This document shows positions 25,863-32,000 of a stretch of 32,000 nt of DNA, piece by piece. Below the pieces are notes generated by a model that worked only from the letters and a program-made list of their open reading frames with translations, did no database searches and was not told the origin of the DNA. The translations under genes and the position numbers were made by a program. Every line of letters starts with the position of its first letter. The stretch's first letter is position 1. The DNA comes from Cohaesibacter marisflavi (GTDB taxonomy: Bacteria > Pseudomonadota > Alphaproteobacteria > Rhizobiales > Cohaesibacteraceae), in assembly GCF_900115225.1 (NCBI RefSeq), contig NZ_FOVR01000001.1, positions 501,727 through 533,726 on the forward strand, in the 5' to 3' direction.

Positions 25863-26375
25863 ATGGATGTGGAGATCAAGCCGTTTGCAAAGGAGAAAGG
25901 TGATGCATTCCGTACCTTTCTCAAGCAATGCTGGCTTGATACCTACATCAGTGAAGTGGGACGTAGCGCGACAGACGGGCTGATCCGCAGCATGCTGGGA
26001 GATGGTGTTCACTCGCTTGTACCCGGACGGGATGAAAAGGCCTATCTTGCCTATACCGGAGCCCGGCTCGTTGGCTCCATCATCTGTGCCCATCGGCATC
26101 ATTTTCTCTATGTCTGGGGGCTCTATGTGGCTGAAGACATGCAAAGGCGCGGCTTGGGCTGCGGCCTGCTTGATCGCGCCATGATGGGGCTTCACGTTGA
26201 TACGATTGTCGAAGTGAGCGTGTTGCAGGCGAGCAAAAAGGCGAGAGACTTCTACGACAAGCTTGGTTTTCGTCAGGTGGGTGAAGAGCGCTATGATATG
26301 GGAGCGGGCAATCCCGTTCCGTCATTCATTCTACAAGCCCCAGTCGCGCATATCAGGAACCTTGTTGACCGCTAA
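25863..26375 (+). CDS. GNAT-family N-acetyltransferase
   Basis: 170 aa with the acetyl-CoA binding motif QRRGLGCGLL. ATG at 25863. Confidence 0.7.
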   Translation: MDVEIKPFAKEKGDAFRTFLKQCWLDTYISEVGRSATDGLIRSMLGDGVHSLVPGRDEKAYLAYTGARLVGSIICAHRHHFLYVWGLYVAEDMQRRGLGCGLLDRAMMGLHVDTIVEVSVLQASKKARDFYDKLGFRQVGEERYDMGAGNPVPSFILQAPVAHIRNLVDR

Positions 26376-26755
26376 GGGGCCTCTGGTTTGCAAGTATATG
26401 GCGAGGAAAATGAGATTTTTCACTTTTTGAGTGATCCGGTTTCAACGCGGTTGCGTAAGGATAGCATAAGAAAAGTGAACCCAGACTTATAGCTCCGCTT
26501 CCCTGTGCTCTCTGTGTCCCCCACACTCCTGAGATCATGGAGGAAGGGGAGCGTATATTTTGAGACCTTTCGACACAGTCCTGCCAGATCAAATTCAGTA
26601 TTGCGATAATTTCATGTATTTTTACGCATCAGTGGTGCATCTGGCCGGAGGCATTGCTAAAAATGGATACCCGGCGCACGAACCACACGGTGCATTGTGA
26701 CTTTTTACACCGACGTGCGACCTTTGAAAATCTTGACCGAGATGAGGACCACACC

Positions 26756-27790
26756 ATGAATAAGAATTGGCCCGATAATCACCCCTCTGTTGCGTTCGGC
26801 AAAGTCGGCGTCCTGCTTGTAAATCTCGGCACACCCGATGGCACTGATTACAAATCAATGCGTCGATATCTCAAGGAATTTCTCTCCGATCAGCGCGTGA
26901 TTGAGGAACCAAGATGGAAATGGTGGCCTATTTTGAATGGCATCATTCTGCAGACACGACCGCAAAAGTCGGGCAAGGCTTATGCTTCCATCTGGAACAA
27001 TGAGAAGAATGAGGGACCATTGCTGACCATCACGCGTAGCCAGAGTGAAAAGTTGGCCGAGCGTTTTGCAGCCTTGACTTTGGCCCGTCCCGTGGAAGTG
27101 GATTACGCTATGCGTTATGGCAACCCTTCGATCAAATCAAAGATCACGGCGCTGGCCGAGAAGGGGTGCGAGCGCCTGCTTGTTCTGCCGCTTTATCCGC
27201 AATATGCCGCAGCAACGACAGCCACGGTCAATGACGTGGTGTTTGATGTGCTCAAGGAAATGCGCTGGCAACCGGCCCTGCGCACTTTGCCGCCCTATCA
27301 CGACAACCCCGCCTATATCGAAGCGTTGGCGACCTCGCTCAAGAACAGCCTGTCAAAGCTCGATTTCGAGCCGGAGGTTATTCTGGCTTCCTATCATGGC
27401 ATTCCACAGCGTTATTTTGACAATGGCGATCCATACCATTGTCATTGCATGAAGACTTCCCGCCTTGTGCGCGAAGCTTTGGGATGGTCCAAGGACTATA
27501 TGCGCACCACGTTCCAGTCCCGCTTCGGACCGGAGGAGTGGTTGCAGCCTTACACGGACAAGACCGTCGAAAGCCTCGCCCAGTCCGGTGTCAAGCGCAT
27601 TGCCATCTTCAATCCTGGCTTTTCTGCCGATTGTCTTGAAACACTCGAAGAGATCGATGGCGAAAATCGCGAGATCTTCATGGAGCATGGTGGCGAGCAA
27701 TTTGCCCATCTGCCGTGCCTGAATGACAGCGAAGAAGGCATGGACATGTTGGCAAGTCTGACGATCAACGAACTTCAGGGCTGGGTTTGA
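26756..27790 (+). CDS. hemH: Ferrochelatase
   Basis: GVLLVNLGTPD....S.RRYL.EFLSD.RVIE, LPLYPQY and SYHG.P motifs are present. ATG at 26756 follows GAGGA at 26744-26748. Confidence 0.9.
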   Translation: MNKNWPDNHPSVAFGKVGVLLVNLGTPDGTDYKSMRRYLKEFLSDQRVIEEPRWKWWPILNGIILQTRPQKSGKAYASIWNNEKNEGPLLTITRSQSEKLAERFAALTLARPVEVDYAMRYGNPSIKSKITALAEKGCERLLVLPLYPQYAAATTATVNDVVFDVLKEMRWQPALRTLPPYHDNPAYIEALATSLKNSLSKLDFEPEVILASYHGIPQRYFDNGDPYHCHCMKTSRLVREALGWSKDYMRTTFQSRFGPEEWLQPYTDKTVESLAQSGVKRIAIFNPGFSADCLETLEEIDGENREIFMEHGGEQFAHLPCLNDSEEGMDMLASLTINELQGWV

Positions 27791-27922
27791 GTTTGCAGGT
27801 GGCAAAAGGCGGATAAGTCGAACGGCTTTTATGATGCGTTTGTAGTTTCTGCCTTTCAGCTATATTTGGTCTCAGACTGACAAACAGCAATAATCCGGGC
27901 TTTTCCGAAGGTCAGTTCAGGG

Positions 27923-27945
27923 GGCGGAAAGGCTCACTTTCCGCC
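27923..27945 (+). terminator. Strong hairpin downstream of hemH (GGCGGAAAG-gctca-CTTTCCGCC); no clear U-tract
   Basis: A perfect 9-bp stem with a 5-nt loop. An outer GGTCA/TGACC pairing extends it to 27910-27950. Confidence 0.3.
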
Positions 27946-28016
27946 TGACCTATTGAACCTATCATCGCTGTGATAAGGGTTGGTACTGTTTATCCATAAC
28001 AACCAAAGGTAGAGTT

Positions 28017-29003
28017 ATGGAGCAGACAACAAACCTAGCCTTGCCCTATATCGTGGGCAATCAGAACCAGAAGCACATCACCCACAACGAAGCTCTGCGG
28101 ATGCTGGATGCGCTCGTGCAGCTCTCTGTCGCTGATCGGGATCTCTCGGCACCGCCAGATGCGCCCACCAATGGTGTACGCTATATCGTAGCGGATGGTG
28201 CCAGTGATGCATGGACCGGATGGGAGGGCAGCATCGCAGCCTATCTGGATGGGGCGTGGGCCGAACTGCAACCGCTGGCTGGCTGGCTGGCATGGCTCGA
28301 GGATGAGAACAGACTGCTCTGCTTTGACGGAGCGTCTTGGTCCGATTTCATCTCTGCTGGCTTAGGCAGTGCCTTGACGAACGGATCTTTCGACAAAATA
28401 GGGGTCAACGCCACCGCAGATGCGACAAACAGGCTTGCGCTTTCAGCAGGCGCCAGCCTGTTCAACCATGCTGGAAATGGTCATCAGATCAAGGTCAACA
28501 AGGCGGCTGCCAGCGATACAAACAGTTTGCTGTTCCAGACCAACTGGTCCGGACGCGCAGAAATGGGCTGTGCGGGCGATGATGACTGGTCCGTCAAGGT
28601 CAGTGCCGATGGCAGCAACTGGACAACGGCATTGCAGGTTGATGCAAGCAACGGGCTGCTGGCTGCTGCCAATTGGGTCGGCAACGTCTCCAATGGAGGG
28701 CTGGGGGCGGTCCTTGAAAGCGGTAGCAACGCGAACGGAACCTATGTGCGCTTTGCTGATGGCCTGCAGATTTGCACGTCGCTGGTCACGTCAAGCGATA
28801 GCACCTTTATCATCTGGACCTATCCGGCTGAATTTTCAGGCGCTGCGGAAAATGTCATGATGACGGCGCGCGGTCTTACACCCTATCATGCCCAGCCTAA
28901 CGGATCCGGGTCTGCCTCAACCATTGCGGTGAATTGCTGGGACCTCAATGGCAGTCGCGCCGAAACTGACATCACGGTTTTTGCAATCGGGCGCTGGAGG
29001 TAA
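28017..29003 (+). CDS. DUF2793-like tail-fibre or spike-like protein, copy 2 (orphan locus among core genes)
   Basis: Same length (328 aa) as copy 1. It aligns gaplessly with about 63 mismatches counted by eye (about 80% aa identity). Confidence 0.75.
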   Translation: MEQTTNLALPYIVGNQNQKHITHNEALRMLDALVQLSVADRDLSAPPDAPTNGVRYIVADGASDAWTGWEGSIAAYLDGAWAELQPLAGWLAWLEDENRLLCFDGASWSDFISAGLGSALTNGSFDKIGVNATADATNRLALSAGASLFNHAGNGHQIKVNKAAASDTNSLLFQTNWSGRAEMGCAGDDDWSVKVSADGSNWTTALQVDASNGLLAAANWVGNVSNGGLGAVLESGSNANGTYVRFADGLQICTSLVTSSDSTFIIWTYPAEFSGAAENVMMTARGLTPYHAQPNGSGSASTIAVNCWDLNGSRAETDITVFAIGRWR

Positions 29004-29012
29004 GGAGCCACC

Positions 29013-29342
29013 ATGAAAATCAACCTTGTACCACAAAGACGCGATGATACGCTGGTCTTGCAATGCGCGGGGGAAGAGCTGACCCTCAATGGGCAGGCTC
29101 TGGACCTGTCGATCATTCCTGCGGGCGGAAATCTCCCACTTGATACAGTGGGGTGCGAATGGCTCGCTTCTGATATCACGCGGAATGGAGAAGGCGATCT
29201 GGCACTCTCACTCATCCTGCCTCATGGCTATATTGCCGATCCAACCACGCAAGCGGCAAAAGCGGTGCTCTATCCCTCTGCGATCAACGTGACAGAAGAG
29301 GGGCCGATCTCACTACCAAGTTATGAGGCGACCGCCTCCTAG
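29013..29342 (+). CDS. Small partner protein, copy 2 (109 aa)
   Basis: Paralogue of 19732-20079. Shared blocks include INL.PQRRDD, ALDLS.IPAG, LSLILP, DPTT..AKAVLYP, VTEEG.I.LPSYEAT. Confidence 0.65.
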   Translation: MKINLVPQRRDDTLVLQCAGEELTLNGQALDLSIIPAGGNLPLDTVGCEWLASDITRNGEGDLALSLILPHGYIADPTTQAAKAVLYPSAINVTEEGPISLPSYEATAS

Positions 29343-29374
29343 CTTTGCTGTGTTCCCCGAACCGACAAAAGAAA

Positions 29375-29408
29375 AGGCCATCCCGGGCGGAACAATCCGG
29401 GGTGGCCT
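29375..29408. terminator. Bidirectional intrinsic terminator between convergent genes
   Basis: AGGCCATCCCGG-(10 nt)-CCGGGGTGGCCT forms a 12-bp stem. On the minus strand it is followed by TTTCTTTTG, which fits the LOG gene. On the plus strand it is followed by ATATATTCTT. Confidence 0.6.
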
Positions 29409-29435
29409 ATATATTCTTGCTGCTGAGAGTTGGTG

Positions 29436-30191
29436 TCAAACGGCTTTGGTTGGCAAAGAGGTTTGAAGTCCGTGATCCACCATCACCTGCCATGCCTCTT
29501 CCGGGGTGTCGACTATGATGAAATGCGCGACATCCTTGGGAGAGATCGTACCATGTTCAATCAGGATGTCGAAATTGATGAGGTTTTCCCAGAACCCCTT
29601 GCCCAGCAGAATAATGGGCATGCCAGAGGCCTTGCCTGTCTGCTTGAGAGTCAGGATATCAAATAGCTCGTCGAGCGTGCCAAAGCCGCCGGGGAAGGCC
29701 ACCAGAGCATTGGCCCGCATGGCAAAATGCATCTTTCGCAGGGCAAAATACTGGAACTGGAAGCTAAGACCCGGCGTGACATAGGGGTTGATATGCTGCT
29801 CGTGAGGCAACACGATGTTAAGGCCAATATTCTTGGCGCCAGCTTCATGAGCGCCGCGGTTGGCTGCTTCCATGATGCCGGGGCCGCCGCCGGTGCAGAT
29901 CACGTTATGATGCGTGCCATTGGTCGGATTAAGCGCGCCACCGCGCTCGGAAACGATGCGGCCCAGTTCCTGCGCCTGCTGATAGTAGGGATGATCCTCT
30001 TTGAATCGGGCGCTGCCAAACACTACCACAGTTGACAAGATGCCATGATCCCGCATGCCAAGGTCGGCCTTGGTGAATTCGAGTTCGAGACGTGCCCCGC
30101 GCAATTCTTCGCGGCGAAGGAAGTTGACGTCTTCATAGGCGAGCAGGTCATTGGTATTGGTTTGGTCATGTTGAGGTGAATTTGATTGCAT
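29436..30191 (-). CDS. LOG-family / TIGR00730-like Rossmann-fold protein (nucleotide 5'-monophosphate nucleosidase-like)
   Basis: VVVFGSARF, GGGPGIMEAANRGA and PGGFGTLDELFD motifs are present. ATG at 30191. Confidence 0.8.
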   Translation of the reverse strand: MQSNSPQHDQTNTNDLLAYEDVNFLRREELRGARLELEFTKADLGMRDHGILSTVVVFGSARFKEDHPYYQQAQELGRIVSERGGALNPTNGTHHNVICTGGGPGIMEAANRGAHEAGAKNIGLNIVLPHEQHINPYVTPGLSFQFQYFALRKMHFAMRANALVAFPGGFGTLDELFDILTLKQTGKASGMPIILLGKGFWENLINFDILIEHGTISPKDVAHFIIVDTPEEAWQVMVDHGLQTSLPTKAV

Positions 30192-30267
30192 AGGTAACAG
30201 TCACTTCTCTGGTCGTTGCCAAATGGATGAAAACGGGCGGCGTCTTCTACTTTATAGATAGAACAAG

Positions 30268-30298
30268 TTGACGCGTTTTTAAGGGAATATGATATAAT
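30268..30298 (+). promoter_or_regulatory. Candidate sigma-70-type promoter for the MBL hydrolase gene
   Basis: TTGACG at 30268-30273, then 17 nt to GATATA or 19 nt to TATAAT (30293-30298), in an AT-rich divergent intergenic region. Confidence 0.3.
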
Positions 30299-30434
30299 TA
30301 TTTCAATGAGATGTTGCGTTCCGTCACCAGCGTGAAAGGATGACAGGCGAGGGGAAAGAACAAACGACAAAGCAAACCTTTTTAAGTCCAAGATCAAAAG
30401 GTCGCTCATCAAACGACCGGGAGGAAGTGCGAAA

Positions 30435-32000
30435 ATGGATGTAAGGCTCAAATTCTGTGGTGCTGCGGGCATTGTCACCGGCTCATGCTATCTTGTGCAG
30501 ACGGCGGGACACAAGTTTCTGGTCGATTGCGGCATGTTTCAGGGCACAAAAACCGTCCGGTCTCTCAATTATGACGGCTTCCCCTTCGATCCGGCAGAAA
30601 TCGACTTTGTGTTGCTAACCCACGCCCATATCGATCATTCCGGCTTGCTGCCCAAGCTCTATAAGCAAGGGTTCAATGGCCCCACCTACATGACCGAGCC
30701 GACCAAAGACCTGTTGGCCGCCATGCTGCCTGACAGTGGCCATATCCAGGAAATGGATGTGATGAACCTTAATCGCCGCAATGCGCGGCGTGGCAAGCCG
30801 CAGATCGAGCCCATCTATACGCAGGAGGATGCGCAGGCCTGTCAGGACTATTTCGAGCCCGTGCCCTTTGAGGAATGGATGACGATCGAAGGCATCCGGG
30901 CCAAATTCTGGAATGCGGGCCATATTCTGGGGTCTTCATCCATCGCATTGGAAATTCCGTCTGATGATCCTGATGAGAAAAACCTGCGTTTGCTCTTCTC
31001 TGGCGATCTGGGGCCTGATCACAAGCTGTTCTATCCCGATCCGGCCGCGTCGAGCGATTATGACTATGTGATTTCCGAGAGCACCTATGGCGGGCGCAAT
31101 CGCCCGGATGTCACGCCGGACGAAAAGCGCCAGACTTTGCTGGAAGAGATCCAACTCGGCCTTAAGGATAATGGACTGTTGCTGATCCCGTCCTTCGCCG
31201 TTGAGCGCACACAAGAGCTGCTCGCCGATATTCTCATTCTGCAGCATACCGGGCAATTGCATGATGTGCCGGTGTTCCTTGATAGCCCACTGGCGATCAA
31301 GGCAACGGAGGTGTTCGTCAAGCATGCCGGTGATCTGGAAGATATCGAGAATTTCGTCGATAAACTCGATACATCGCGCATTCATTTCACCCAGAGCGTG
31401 GAAGAGAGCAAAGGGCTCAATCGCATCAAGTCCGGTGCGATCATCATGGCTGGCAGCGGTATGTGCGATGCCGGGCGCATCCGCCACCATATCAAGAACC
31501 ATATGTGGCGCACCAACACCACGTTGCTGCTGGTTGGCTTTCAGGCCGAAGGCTCCCTCGGACGCTTGCTGAGCAACGGGGCCACAAAGGTTCGCATTCA
31601 GGGTGAGGAAATCCGCATCCGAGGAAAGGTCCGTCAGCTGGAAACCTATTCCGGCCACGCCGATGGCGATGAACTGATCGAGTGGATTTTGGAGCGCCAA
31701 CCCATCCGCCACGGTCTGTTCCTGTGTCATGGCGAACAACAGGCCTCAGAGGCTCTTAAAGCCGATTTGATCGCCAAAGGCCTGCCGGAGAAGATGATCA
31801 CCGTGCCTGCCATTGATGATGAAGTGAACCTGAAGGTCGAAGGCGTGGCCGAATATGCGCCGAACATCAAGCATCGTGTCCAACAGTGTGACGTCTGTGG
31901 CTGGGACGCCCATAACGAGTTTGCCGAGCTTCAGATTGATCTTAAGGAAGCCTTCGACAAGCTTGCCGATGAAAAGGCCCGCAGGGCCTTGGCGCGCCGC
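30435..32000 (+). CDS. MBL-fold metallo-hydrolase of the beta-CASP (RNA-metabolising) type; 3' end beyond the window
   Basis: ATG at 30435 follows GGGAGGAAG. The HAHIDHSG (HxHxDH) motif and beta-CASP-like downstream motifs (ESTYG, SGHAD) are present. The frame is open to base 32000. It is absent from the ORF track because it has no stop in the window. Confidence 0.85.
   Translation, partial: MDVRLKFCGAAGIVTGSCYLVQTAGHKFLVDCGMFQGTKTVRSLNYDGFPFDPAEIDFVLLTHAHIDHSGLLPKLYKQGFNGPTYMTEPTKDLLAAMLPDSGHIQEMDVMNLNRRNARRGKPQIEPIYTQEDAQACQDYFEPVPFEEWMTIEGIRAKFWNAGHILGSSSIALEIPSDDPDEKNLRLLFSGDLGPDHKLFYPDPAASSDYDYVISESTYGGRNRPDVTPDEKRQTLLEEIQLGLKDNGLLLIPSFAVERTQELLADILILQHTGQLHDVPVFLDSPLAIKATEVFVKHAGDLEDIENFVDKLDTSRIHFTQSVEESKGLNRIKSGAIIMAGSGMCDAGRIRHHIKNHMWRTNTTLLLVGFQAEGSLGRLLSNGATKVRIQGEEIRIRGKVRQLETYSGHADGDELIEWILERQPIRHGLFLCHGEQQASEALKADLIAKGLPEKMITVPAIDDEVNLKVEGVAEYAPNIKHRVQQCDVCGWDAHNEFAELQIDLKEAFDKLADEKARRALARR

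Larger units (their letters stand above)
28017..29342 (+). repeat. Two-gene module, copy 2, of the dispersed duplication
   Basis: See copy 1. It lies 9.3 kb away, beyond the tRNA and four core genes. Confidence 0.8.

Noticed and set aside
29436-30191. The LOG/SLOG-like Rossmann protein, considered as a ThsA-like effector partner for the TIR protein.
   Set aside because: It is about 13 kb away and separated by the phage late genes, a tRNA and core genes. It has host-like composition and belongs to the widespread housekeeping TIGR00730/LOG type.
1-32000. CRISPR arrays, rRNA genes and CtrA-box-like TTAA-N7-TTAA sites in the intergenic regions.
   Set aside because: No regularly spaced repeats, rRNA-like sequence or convincing full CtrA boxes were found on visual inspection.

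Overview
The window looks alphaproteobacterial, judged by gene content and roughly mid-50s % GC estimated by eye. It has three parts.

(1) Positions 1-22,634 hold a phage-derived head, tail and lysis region on the + strand. Its gene order matches the Rhodobacter capsulatus GTA (RcGTA) structural cluster: portal (5' end cut by the window), HK97 prohead protease, HK97 major capsid, connector, head closure, gp10-like, DUF3168, major tail, g10-like chaperone with a -1 frame extension, tape measure, DUF2460, DUF2163, NlpC/P60 peptidase and a 1,314-aa host-specificity protein. These are followed by a DUF2793 fibre-like gene and partner, an endolysin, a holin-like protein, overlapping spanins, and then tRNA-Gln(CUG).

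(2) A roughly 5 kb mosaic, low-GC cargo island (about 13,715-18,690) sits inside the tail module, between the host-specificity gene and the DUF2793 gene. Its genes run mostly antisense to the phage operon. They include a TIR domain fused to a parallel beta-helix, a small protein with a HEPN-like Rx4H motif, two small unknown proteins, an N-terminally anchored membrane protein, and an anchor-less GT51 (peptidoglycan glycosyltransferase)-like protein. This island is my best candidate for an undescribed, probably prophage-borne defence or exclusion system.

(3) Positions 22,709-32,000 are core genes: Ppx/GppA phosphatase with a long basic low-complexity extension, rlmE, a GNAT acetyltransferase, hemH, a LOG-family protein and a beta-CASP MBL hydrolase. 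They are interrupted by a second, diverged copy of the DUF2793 plus partner module.

Other points seen directly in the sequence are a canonical G GGA AAG -1 frameshift site in the tail chaperone gene and a conserved hairpin that sequesters the Shine-Dalgarno (SD) sequence upstream of two late genes. I found no CRISPR array, rRNA, integrase or transposase. All domain calls come from motif recognition by eye, and no searches were run.
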